In this document: one piece after another, positions 1-9,133 of the stretch
Layout of the letters: every line of letters starts with the position of its first letter
Numbering within the stretch: position 1 is the first letter of the stretch
Source of the DNA: Candidatus Brocadiia bacterium
GTDB taxonomy: Bacteria; Planctomycetota; Brocadiia; SM23-32
Length of the DNA stretch: 51,539 nucleotides
Assembly (NCBI GenBank): GCA_046538485.1
Contig: JBKHIT010000033.1
Coordinates: 1 to 51,539, forward strand
Direction: 5' to 3'
Made by a program: the position numbers and the translations under genes
Notes under the pieces: model-generated
The model's database searches: none
The model's input: only the letters and a program-made list of their open reading frames with translations
What the model was told of the DNA's origin: nothing

Positions 1-50
1 GGCGCAAATTCCTTAATTTTCCTTCGGAACAGAATGCTGGATTCAGCCAT
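1..50 (-). CDS. Possible 5' end of a gene running off the left edge (MAESSILFRRKIKEFA...)
   Basis: ATG at 50 on the minus strand, frame open to the window edge, purine-rich upstream; too short to identify. Confidence 0.3.
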   Translation of the reverse strand, partial: MAESSILFRRKIKEFA

Positions 51-75
51 CCCGGTTCCCGTTCCCTATCCTGGG

Positions 76-146
76 AGCGCTGGAGTCCCTCGCAACTGAA
101 CCGTTGACAGGTAAGATGCCTCCCTGTCAGCGGTATGGCTGCGAGG
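76..146. repeat. Imperfect hairpin repeat, family A (related copy at 22920-22984)
   Basis: AGCGCTG..CGCA-internal loop-stem/loop-TATGGCTGCG layout shared with 22920-22984. Confidence 0.45.
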
Positions 147-180
147 CGAGAAGTTTTTTGTTGGCAGACTTTCCTCCATT

Positions 181-312
181 TGTCCGCCTCAAGTCCAGTT
201 TCGCCCGCCGCTGGCGCGCTCAGCTGAACTCGAGTCTCAATCGCCGCGAGCGGACTGGACTTCAGCCGCAGGCTGGAGTTCAGAACGCGGCTCATAAACC
301 GAGAGGTCTCGC
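181..312 (-). repeat. Structured repeat, family B (inverted copy at 48918-49057)
   Basis: Reverse complement matches 48918-49057 in blocks GCGTTCTGAACTCCAGC, GCTGAAGTCCAGTCCGCTC, GAGACTCGAGTTCAGCTGAGC, CCAGCGGCGGGCGAAACTGGACTTGAGGCGGACA; partial copy at 438-452. Confidence 0.85.
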
Positions 313-714
313 AGCAAAACACCAGAACGACCAACGGCGGCTCCCCCCGGCAATGGGTTGCGGGGAGAAGCGACGGAAGAGACCAAAGGGACTCGTTGTT
401 TTCTGTCGCGTTCCGTGATTTGACACATGAGCAGGCGGGAGTTCAGAACGCGCACTGTCAGTCGGCAGATCTCCCGGAACCCGCATTTCTCACGAACCTA
501 AAGAGATAATTATTATAAACGGCATCCCAAAAAGACTTTGCACTATATTTCGCATCTGATCTCAGTACACAGTCTGTAATTCGAGTCTAAAAACAGCGGT
601 TCGCCCTCCGGGAGCGGCGCTTGAGAAAAGCGGGGGAACCCACCGGGGCTCCACGTATCCGGGATGCCACGCAGATGCAAGGGGTTATCGCCGAGCGCGC
701 CCTGCCGTTCATTG

Positions 715-825
715 CCCTGAAAGGGCAGTATATGACAGCCCGGGGTGACGGGGGCCGCAGGCCCTCGGAGCCCTGGGGTACAGGTGGGCATTGAGAAAAA
801 AGTGGGCTGAAGGCCCACTACAATA
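715..825. repeat. REP-like palindromic element
   Basis: Hairpins GCCCTGAAAGGGC and GTGGGCTGAAGGCCCAC flank AGCCCGGGG...CCCTGGGG; similar architecture to 48144-48290. Confidence 0.6.
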
Positions 826-934
826 CTTTGTGTGTTTCCCCACGCAACGAACCGCTGAAAAAGGCTCCGACTTGCTTTTTACCTTATCTTCTTCTTAACA
901 CAAGGTGAGGTCCAGGACATACCCCCAAAACCCA

Positions 935-1630
<696 letters not shown>

Positions 1631-1792
1631 CTTCTGGCGCCCGTGCAACCCGTTTTTGCAGGCTGGTGGTCCGTGACAATTGGATTTATGGATTCGGGTA
1701 AACGACGTGCCTCCTTCGCGCGAGACCAGTGGTCCGTTCCAACGGGTATGTGCGTTTAGCGCGCGTTACATCAGCCCGTCCACACTCACAGC

Positions 1793-1833
1793 GCCATTGC
1801 GAGGGGCCCGCGCTTTGGTCGACGCGGCAATCT
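1793..1833. repeat. Degenerate REP-like element (GTCATTGCGAG...GCAATC type)
   Basis: GCCATTGCGAGGGGCCCG...CGACGCGGCAATCT. Confidence 0.4.
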
Positions 1834-1948
1834 ACCCGTTCTCTCCCAAAAATCAAGTGTCATAGCCGAACTGGAGTCTCCATTCCTTCGAACAGAGAAT
1901 AAAATCCCACGTTTCTGCGACAGCCTTCCAGCCCCTCACAGAAACCTG

Positions 1949-3289
1949 TCACAGGATGATGCTGCCGCCTTCGCGCAGTTCTTTGCGGAGCGTGTCGGCT
2001 TTCACATCGGCCACGTGCACATCCCGTTCGGCGGCCAGGCAGGCGGCGACGCCCGCGGCTTCGCCGGTCTGGTTCAGGTTGACCATCACGCGGATGGCAC
2101 CGTAGGCGCCGGTGTCGGCCGCGATCATACGGCCGGCCATAATGACGTTTCGCAATTCACGGTGCACGAGGCAGCGATACGGGATCTGATAGAAGGTCGG
2201 GTTCTCGGAGGTCGGCTCTCGCCAGCGGCCGCGTTCACCCGAACGGGTATCCAGGGTGGTGCCGTCAAGGTATTTGAACAGAAACCCACCCCCCTCGGGG
2301 TGATGCACGTCCACGCGATAGCTGCCCTGGGCGATGGCATCGTCAAACCGCCGCCCGCTGAGGACATCGTCCTCGGTCAATTCGTATTCGGCCTCGAAAC
2401 GCCGTGTTTCGCGGATGCCGATGTAGCTCGGGAGTGCAACGAGCCCGATCTGGTTGCCCTGCGGCCCATATTTGCGCAACATGTCCATGACGGCCCGGAT
2501 CTGAGCGCGACCTTTCATTTCCGCCGCCGTCAGTTCCGCAGCATCGGCGCAATTAACGCCGAAAACGTGGGCATGCGCGAACATGGTGATTCCGGGCAGG
2601 CCCGGCACCGGCCCGCTCCAGCCGGAGTCCGGTTCCAGCCCGAATTCCTCATGATGCTGATCATAGAGTTGCTGGAAATCGAGTCCTTCCACGGCGAAGT
2701 TCCAGATCAACCCACACATCGTGGGCGGCTGGAGCTCGGGGCTCACCCGGAACGGCAGCCCGGCGCGGGCCACGAGATCGCCGTCCCCGGTAGCGTCCAC
2801 GAATACCTTCGCCCGGATGGCCGCGCGGCCGTCTTTGTTCTCCACGAGCACGGCCTCAACGGTGCCGTCGTCCGCCAAAACCGGAGCGCAGAACCGCGTG
2901 TGAAGCATAGGCTCTATGTCATGTTCGCGCACGAGTTTGTCCAGTTCGAGCTTCAACTCCGCGGAATTGAAGCGGAACGCCATGTTCGGATTGTTATCGA
3001 GGTGTGCGGCCGCGCCGCGCGCATCCAGGCGGTCCATGGTTTCGGTGGTCAGCCCGCCGATAATCTCACGCTCGTATTCGGAGTCAAAGGTTGAGTGCCA
3101 GACATTTACCAGCCCGTTGGTGGCAGTGCCGCCGAAACCGTTGGTGGCTTCGAGAACCACCACCGACTTTCCCCGGCGCGCCGCCCGCACGGCCGCAAAG
3201 ACTCCGGTGCAACTGCCACCGAGCACGCAGACGTCGACATCGGCAATAAAAGGAAGCTCCCGCGGAGGTTCAGTGATCTTGTCTGGCAT
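1949..3289 (-). CDS. FAD-dependent oxidoreductase
   Basis: VCVLGGSCTGVFAAVRAAR Rossmann motif, FVDATGDGDL, GIRETRR, YQIPYRCL, GEAAGVAA; RBS AAGGAG. Confidence 0.88.
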   Translation of the reverse strand: MPDKITEPPRELPFIADVDVCVLGGSCTGVFAAVRAARRGKSVVVLEATNGFGGTATNGLVNVWHSTFDSEYEREIIGGLTTETMDRLDARGAAAHLDNNPNMAFRFNSAELKLELDKLVREHDIEPMLHTRFCAPVLADDGTVEAVLVENKDGRAAIRAKVFVDATGDGDLVARAGLPFRVSPELQPPTMCGLIWNFAVEGLDFQQLYDQHHEEFGLEPDSGWSGPVPGLPGITMFAHAHVFGVNCADAAELTAAEMKGRAQIRAVMDMLRKYGPQGNQIGLVALPSYIGIRETRRFEAEYELTEDDVLSGRRFDDAIAQGSYRVDVHHPEGGGFLFKYLDGTTLDTRSGERGRWREPTSENPTFYQIPYRCLVHRELRNVIMAGRMIAADTGAYGAIRVMVNLNQTGEAAGVAACLAAERDVHVADVKADTLRKELREGGSIIL

Positions 3290-3349
3290 GGATTATCTCC
3301 TTCAGATAAAGGGGCACACACCGTTTTTGCTTCGCGCAAATCATTGGCG

Positions 3350-3814
3350 TCAGCCGTCAATCCCACTGAGATTTTCCAGCACGTCCAAAGCGCATTTTAT
3401 CCGGTCGTCTTCGGGGGCCAGCACTGCGCGGATATCGGTCACCTCGTCCGGCGGTTTTGTTTCCGATTCTTTCAAGAGCCAGATTTTGGGCCAAATTTCG
3501 CTTTTATGGCCCTCCACAAGTGCGATATCGTAGGCCCCGGCTTGCGAAAGAATGGTTTTGAGTGGGGACGGCTGATGCGTCCGTTGGAAGAGCTGGGATT
3601 TGTCATATCCGATCACGTCCGCGCCGGCTTCGAACAGACGTTGTGTGTCTCTCCCTTTGGAGTCGAAAATAAGACATTCGCGGGCCCGTTTTACGGCAAG
3701 AACTCTCAGTCCCTGTTCAGTGAATTTTTCAGTGAGCTCTTCGATAAGTCGGGTCTTGCCACTGTTTTTAAAACCGCAAATCTGGAGTATCGCCGGCCTC
3801 GAGTTTTGGTTCAC
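3350..3814 (-). CDS. mobB: Molybdopterin-guanine dinucleotide biosynthesis protein B
   Basis: GFKNSGKT P-loop, D.KGRDT.RL.EAGAD, DIALVEGHK; follows moaA. Confidence 0.75.
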   Translation of the reverse strand: MNQNSRPAILQICGFKNSGKTRLIEELTEKFTEQGLRVLAVKRARECLIFDSKGRDTQRLFEAGADVIGYDKSQLFQRTHQPSPLKTILSQAGAYDIALVEGHKSEIWPKIWLLKESETKPPDEVTDIRAVLAPEDDRIKCALDVLENLSGIDG

Positions 3815-3816
3815 CT

Positions 3817-4794
3817 CTACCCCCCTATTTCGGCGACGGCTCTGTGGCGTCTTTGAACTTCGATACCTCGCTTACAGCGGAAGGCACGCCGCACGCATTG
3901 CCGCGCTTGATCGGGATCCAGAATACCTGTGCTGCGGAAGCATTTTGTGATATCGGTACCGGTATCCTGCATGAAACACCCGAAAAGGAAGCCGTGCGCG
4001 GACAGCCGCAGGCGAGTGCAATCGGCGCAGAACGGTCGCGTCTCGGGTGCAATAATGCCGAGGGTGTTGTTTTCAGGTGTGGTATAACGACGCGCCGTGC
4101 GGCCGGCTTCTCGTCCAATTTCGCTGAGGGAATACCGTGATCTGAGCGTTTTCAGAATTTCCTTCGCGGTTACGAACCACTCTACGTGATGCAAACGGGC
4201 ATGACCTATATCCATCAGTTCCAGGAAACGCGGCTCGATATCACGTTCAAAAGCGTATTCCGCAATCGGCAGAATTTGGTCTTCGTTTAGCCCCCTCAGG
4301 ACGACTGTGTTGGTTTTCAGAGGAATCAGACCGGCTTTTCGTGCAGCCTCAATACCGTCAAAGGTTGCCCGGAGGTTCCCTCCACTCATTTGTTGAAACA
4401 AATCGGGATCGAGCGCATCAAGGCTGATATTGACCCGTTTCAGCCCCTCTTGCCGGAGTTCATTGGCCAGATTGCCCAGCCGTTGTCCGTTGGTTGAAAG
4501 CGCCAGATCTATTCCCGGCAAGGCCAGAGCCTCGACCCATTCAACGATATCGTTTCGCACCAGAGGTTCCCCCCCGGTCAGGCGGATACACTTAAGGCCG
4601 AACTCTTTTTGCAGGAACTCGGCGAACGCCCGGATGCCGCCGGCCCCGAGTCGGTTGGAAGTTTCAGCGCCATTGTTGCCTTTCTCCCGGCAATACAGAC
4701 AATGCATATTGCATGCCCGGGTAATGGAGACGCGCAAAGTGCTGATCGAGGGAACGGATTTGCTCATAAAAGAAAAGCCAGAAAGTTGAGTCAA
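3817..4794 (-). CDS. moaA: GTP 3',8-cyclase MoaA (radical SAM); alternative start ATG 4767
   Basis: LRVSITRACNMHCLYC, IRLTGGEPL, VNISLD, FCADCTRLRL...C and C-terminal IGG. Confidence 0.88.
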   Translation of the reverse strand: MTQLSGFSFMSKSVPSISTLRVSITRACNMHCLYCREKGNNGAETSNRLGAGGIRAFAEFLQKEFGLKCIRLTGGEPLVRNDIVEWVEALALPGIDLALSTNGQRLGNLANELRQEGLKRVNISLDALDPDLFQQMSGGNLRATFDGIEAARKAGLIPLKTNTVVLRGLNEDQILPIAEYAFERDIEPRFLELMDIGHARLHHVEWFVTAKEILKTLRSRYSLSEIGREAGRTARRYTTPENNTLGIIAPETRPFCADCTRLRLSAHGFLFGCFMQDTGTDITKCFRSTGILDPDQARQCVRRAFRCKRGIEVQRRHRAVAEIGG

Positions 4795-4802
4795 ACGAGA
4801 TG

Positions 4803-6389
4803 CTAATCCTGCATAGTATAAGGAGACGAGGAATTCAGTTCACCCACAATTGTATCCGAACGCAGTGTACCAGGCGGTTTTCGCTTCTTCAGATTCTCCC
4901 CGGTCCGGGGCCACATTCCCAAAAGTTTTTGTGTTCCCCAAAGACTATTTATCTCGAAAACGGCTATTACTTTTTCGTAGATGTCGATCAGATTGAAACT
5001 GGCGCCGTAGGTGCTTCGCTGGTAAACGCTGCTGACGGAATTGGCGTTGGCAATGACCGTATTGCCGATTTTCGCTGCGTAGGCATGTGACGATGTTCCG
5101 GTCAGAATCAAGTCAATCCCAAAATCCACAGCTTCCCGCAGCAAATCCCCCGCGTCCTCCATCAGCCCTTTTTCTCGGGCGTGAGGGATGGGGGTTACGT
5201 TGTGATGAAAAAACAAGCCGAGAAAGTCTTCTTCCCGGGTTTCCAGGCTTTTGAAAAGCACTTTGCGCTGGGTATCCCCAATCACACCTGTGGGGGAGTC
5301 ATATTGAGATGAACACAAGCCCCGCAGCATTATATTGTCGGTTATGTACGTTTGTTCCAGTGGTCCCAGCTGCGCGGGAAACAAATCATATCCGAGATAG
5401 TTCAAATCCCGCGCGGCAGGCGTATAGACTATCGGTGGTTCCAGAAGAGGGAGATAATCCCGAGCGAGTTCATAATTTTCGCTTATTCCCTCCCGAACGA
5501 TCCCACCGCAATGCACGACAATATCGGGTTGGAGAGAATTAATTGTGTTGAGCGCGTTGTGCAGATGGTCGGCGAGAAATTTGGAGGAATTGGCAATAAA
5601 TGAATTCGACATCTGGACGATGCGTCCCAACCGCGGGCCAAAATCATAGAATGTTCTTTTTCTTCCTCGGGGGAAATTTTTTATTTTGCAGCTGCCATCG
5701 ACCCTCCTGGTTTCAACGTTCACTGTCTCCTCAGTTATTTCTATGATGTTGTAGGAGTTAAGGTCTCCGTAGCGCGTTTTCCGGCAGGAAACAGGCCCTG
5801 CATTGACAAATACGGTATCTTCAACGCGGTAGACATTGGGATAATGCCGGTGGCCCGAAAGAACGAGATCGACATCAAATCTCAGGAACATATCGAGAAG
5901 GTCGCCGGCGTTTGATAGGATATTCCGCTCGCGCCCGGCCCGGGGCGTGGGGATAGTGTGGTGATGAATGGCAACAATTTTTATGGATTTATCATGATAT
6001 TTGTGAAGAGCTTCCCGCATCATGTCGAATTTTACCTGGCCCACACGCCCATCATTGCTGTCAGCAATGGCGCTGTTAACGTAGACCACAACGGCTTCGC
6101 CGTGGACCTCCACACCGTTCACCGGGCCCACGTATTTCTCAAAAAGTGCAATTCCCCCGCTTCGAACGTCATGGTTCCCCGGGATGACAACTCTGGGAAT
6201 CTGGATGCCCTCGAGAAAATCCCGGCCCCACTCGTATTGATCGAGTTTCCCCGCCTGCGTGACATCGCCGGTGTGGAGAAGTAGATCGGACGTGCTGTCA
6301 TAAATGTCACGCTCGGCGATTTTGAGGGCTTCTTCGTTGAAATCCATTTCATCGCCGAAGTGGGTGTCCGAGATATGCAGCAGTTTCAT
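4803..6389 (-). CDS. Calcineurin-like metallophosphoesterase with tandem domains (intact N-terminal, degenerate C-terminal)
   Basis: Domain 1: ISDTH, TGDVT, PGNHD, IHHH, SGHRH; domain 2 equivalents: MSNSF, CGGIV, PAARD, FHHN, TGTSSH. Confidence 0.88.
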   Translation of the reverse strand: MKLLHISDTHFGDEMDFNEEALKIAERDIYDSTSDLLLHTGDVTQAGKLDQYEWGRDFLEGIQIPRVVIPGNHDVRSGGIALFEKYVGPVNGVEVHGEAVVVYVNSAIADSNDGRVGQVKFDMMREALHKYHDKSIKIVAIHHHTIPTPRAGRERNILSNAGDLLDMFLRFDVDLVLSGHRHYPNVYRVEDTVFVNAGPVSCRKTRYGDLNSYNIIEITEETVNVETRRVDGSCKIKNFPRGRKRTFYDFGPRLGRIVQMSNSFIANSSKFLADHLHNALNTINSLQPDIVVHCGGIVREGISENYELARDYLPLLEPPIVYTPAARDLNYLGYDLFPAQLGPLEQTYITDNIMLRGLCSSQYDSPTGVIGDTQRKVLFKSLETREEDFLGLFFHHNVTPIPHAREKGLMEDAGDLLREAVDFGIDLILTGTSSHAYAAKIGNTVIANANSVSSVYQRSTYGASFNLIDIYEKVIAVFEINSLWGTQKLLGMWPRTGENLKKRKPPGTLRSDTIVGELNSSSPYTMQD

Positions 6390-6390
6390 C

Positions 6391-6822
6391 TCACTCCCTC
6401 GAAATAAATGTCTCCAGACTGTGCCGCTGAATATCGATAAGGTCCCGGAACGTCATGATGCCTACAATTTCCTCATTGTCAGTAACGAGGACGTGTTTAA
6501 TGTTTTTCTCAGCCATGATCCGCAGAACGTCTTTCACGGGCGTTCCGATATCAGACGTGACCAAATCGCGTGTCATGACGTCACACACCGACGTCTGGGC
6601 CCCCTTCCCTTTTGCAACAACTCGTTCTTTGATGTCCCCATCGGTGAATAATCCCACGATATCCCCGTTTTCGATGACAGCGATCGAGCTTATATTGAAC
6701 TCTACCATACGCTGTGCGGCATCCTGAACAGAGCTCTCGCATTCAACTCCGATCAGCCGTTTCGTAACGAAAGCCCTTACTGGGACGTTCATATCATAGA
6801 ATCCAAGTGATCCGTCACTCAT
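6391..6822 (-). CDS. Stand-alone CBS-pair protein
   Basis: Two CBS repeats (IVGLFTDGDI, IVGIMTFRDL); RBS AAGGAGG inside the end of pgk2. Confidence 0.9.
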   Translation of the reverse strand: MSDGSLGFYDMNVPVRAFVTKRLIGVECESSVQDAAQRMVEFNISSIAVIENGDIVGLFTDGDIKERVVAKGKGAQTSVCDVMTRDLVTSDIGTPVKDVLRIMAEKNIKHVLVTDNEEIVGIMTFRDLIDIQRHSLETFISRE

Positions 6823-7702
6823 CACTTACCTCCTTTTCAATCTGCGAAATTATATCTTCCAGTATTGTCCGCAGGGAACGCTCAAAATCCATGTTGTCGA
6901 TGATGGGCACGTCGTTTTGCTCCGCCATCCGCAATATGTAGTCCTGCTGCCGGCGAATCCTGTCGATTTGCCCCACGTATCGTTCGGCTTCCCGCTGAGC
7001 ACTCTCTTCTCGAAGATGGAAGTATAGTATGTGCTGTTGTGGATCTGGGACGTTAATAACATATTGGAAAACGTAGCGAAGTTTATCTTCCAGGATCGGG
7101 CGAAGGAATCCTGGAACGATATGCACGCCGTTAAGAATCATGTGGAGGCCCTCTTTTGCCCCCCGCCGCATGACGGCGGCTATGCCTTCGCACACGAGGC
7201 TTGTTTGTTGCTCGAAAGCATAGATGAGTTTATCAGTCACAAGTGAAGTTTTCAGCACATCGCCCGCCTTGAAGGTCGATTCGTGGAGAGTTGGTATGAG
7301 TCCGGGAGATATGATGGAGCGCATAATTTCCCGAACGGTGTCGGATCCGATCACGCGATCAATGCCAAGTCGGTGCCCCAGTTCGGAGGAAATGCTTGAT
7401 TTTCCAACACCTGGTCCCCCACCGATAACAATGAAAAGCGGTTCATCGAGATATCTGATTTGCCGTCGAACACGATAGAAGCGCTCTTCTGTGCCATGTC
7501 CACGCTGAAGAAGGTTTTCGGAGATCATTTCTTTAAGCTTTCCGGACGATACTTTTTGCACTCTCCTGGTTTGAAGTATGCCCCGAATCTCCCGCACGAT
7601 TTCGTAGGCTTCACTCACGGAAAGCCCGCAGCCGGTTAGAGATTTAGCCATAATCCCTTCGGAAAACGGAAATTTCCTCTTGCCCTTCTGAACTTCAATC
7701 AT
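6815..7702 (-). CDS. pgk2: 2-phosphoglycerate kinase (ATP-cone + P-loop kinase)
   Basis: PFSEGIMAKSL, IGGGPGVGKSSISSELGHRLGI, SDTVREIMR, PTLHESTF, GVHIVPG resemble archaeal 2PGK; adjacent to cpgS. Confidence 0.88.
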   Translation of the reverse strand: MIEVQKGKRKFPFSEGIMAKSLTGCGLSVSEAYEIVREIRGILQTRRVQKVSSGKLKEMISENLLQRGHGTEERFYRVRRQIRYLDEPLFIVIGGGPGVGKSSISSELGHRLGIDRVIGSDTVREIMRSIISPGLIPTLHESTFKAGDVLKTSLVTDKLIYAFEQQTSLVCEGIAAVMRRGAKEGLHMILNGVHIVPGFLRPILEDKLRYVFQYVINVPDPQQHILYFHLREESAQREAERYVGQIDRIRRQQDYILRMAEQNDVPIIDNMDFERSLRTILEDIISQIEKEVSDE

Positions 7703-7705
7703 GAA

Positions 7706-9133
7706 TCACTCCCCATAGGCTGTCTGCGCTTCTGCGCACAGATTTACAATGGCATTTGTCAGGTTCTCGACAGTTCCCCCTGTGAGCACTGGCTTATTGT
7801 GAAGGAAAATGATTTGTACGTCTTCGTCCTGCGCGGCCTTCGCGGCGACATCGATGGAGGCGGCTTTAATTTCGGTCAGCAGAACATCAGCATTTTCGAG
7901 TCCATCACGCAGGTCTTCACGCAGCACCGGGCGATTTGAAAGATTGGTGCTAAAACCTGTTACTGTACAGTTGTATGTGTCTTCTAAGTAGTCTTTTATG
8001 TTGTCAGCAACCTTTTCCGGAGCGGTCGTCGCAACGAAAACTTTTCTGTCTGCCAAATCCCCCAAGGGTTCAGGACGGAAAACCGTCAATGCTACGTCGC
8101 ATTGTGGATTGATCCGTTGGATTCCCTCGGCGATTTTATCGACTTTGGCCGAACCGGCCATCGGAGGTTCGCACATAGTAACTACGGCGAGCTGGGAAAT
8201 CAAAATCCTGTATCGTCCCAGGAAATCGAGGATGTTTTCGAGGGGCTGACCGGCTCCTACAGTCACCAGTTTTCGGTCGGTGTGAACGGGGGCGAATGTA
8301 GCCCCGGAGCCCTCCATAATGACAAATTGCGCGGGCAATTCGTTGGCGATCTCGGCCCCTTCTATGACGTTCGAGAGAAAGGGGTTACCTCCCATTCCTC
8401 CCCCGCAACGCCGACACCCGATGGTTGGCACCTGACCGAGCAACGCATCTTCCCAGTAATCGGAGGCCGCATGGCCGCCCTGTTCCGCTACCTCAAGCAG
8501 AACCTCCGCAGTCAATTCCATTTCGCTTGCATCGACGACATCCGGATCCGGCGGGCCACCGCGGCCCATGCACACGGCGAGGGGCTGAAAACCTTTTCGA
8601 TTCAGAAGGCGTGCCACAGTGACCCCGACTGCGGTCTTGCCCACACGTTTGCCCGTCCCAATGATTCCCAGGCTCGGTTTCTTCAGAATGGTACGCATTG
8701 AAGGTGGTGTAAATATAAAGTCAGCACCCATATACGACACATTATGTGCGAGGATATGCGAAGCCAGTTCAAAACGTGTTCGGTAGTCGAGAACCGGTTC
8801 ATCGGATAGATCAATGACCAGTTCGGGCTTGGCCTCCTTAAGGACACGCCGGATAACCTGCAGGGTTTCTTCCTTTTGTTTGCCGCCCACATAGACATTC
8901 CACAATGTGGAATCGCCCCCCAGTTCTTCAACCGCATTCTCCACTTTTTCCGTTCCGCCAATGAACACAAGAGCGACGATGTTGGCCCCCTCCTTTTGGA
9001 GTTCATCAACAGTCCATTTTGTCACAGGTGGATAGTGCTCACCGTCCACCAGGCAGACGGCTTTTTTGTCAGCCAGCGTTTGGCGGAAGGCAATCGGCAG
9101 TGTTTTCGCCAGAGGAGAAGAGTTTTTTGCCAT
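7706..9133 (-). CDS. cpgS: Cyclic 2,3-diphosphoglycerate synthetase
   Basis: DGEHYPPV, DLSDEPVL, GTGKRVGKTAV, MGRGGP, HAASDYWEDAL, GCRRCGGG, EGSGA, TEIKAASIDV; ATG 9133 with GGAG upstream. Confidence 0.92.
   Translation of the reverse strand: MAKNSSPLAKTLPIAFRQTLADKKAVCLVDGEHYPPVTKWTVDELQKEGANIVALVFIGGTEKVENAVEELGGDSTLWNVYVGGKQKEETLQVIRRVLKEAKPELVIDLSDEPVLDYRTRFELASHILAHNVSYMGADFIFTPPSMRTILKKPSLGIIGTGKRVGKTAVGVTVARLLNRKGFQPLAVCMGRGGPPDPDVVDASEMELTAEVLLEVAEQGGHAASDYWEDALLGQVPTIGCRRCGGGMGGNPFLSNVIEGAEIANELPAQFVIMEGSGATFAPVHTDRKLVTVGAGQPLENILDFLGRYRILISQLAVVTMCEPPMAGSAKVDKIAEGIQRINPQCDVALTVFRPEPLGDLADRKVFVATTAPEKVADNIKDYLEDTYNCTVTGFSTNLSNRPVLREDLRDGLENADVLLTEIKAASIDVAAKAAQDEDVQIIFLHNKPVLTGGTVENLTNAIVNLCAEAQTAYGE

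Noticed and set aside
250..290. tRNA-Sec-like GGACTGGACTTCA
   Set aside because: No anticodon stem closure, T-arm or acceptor stem
104..818. Short ORFs in repeat zones (also 18119-18319, 47404-49268, 33519-33908)
   Set aside because: They translate palindromic repeats or intergenic DNA; no RBS or recognisable motifs
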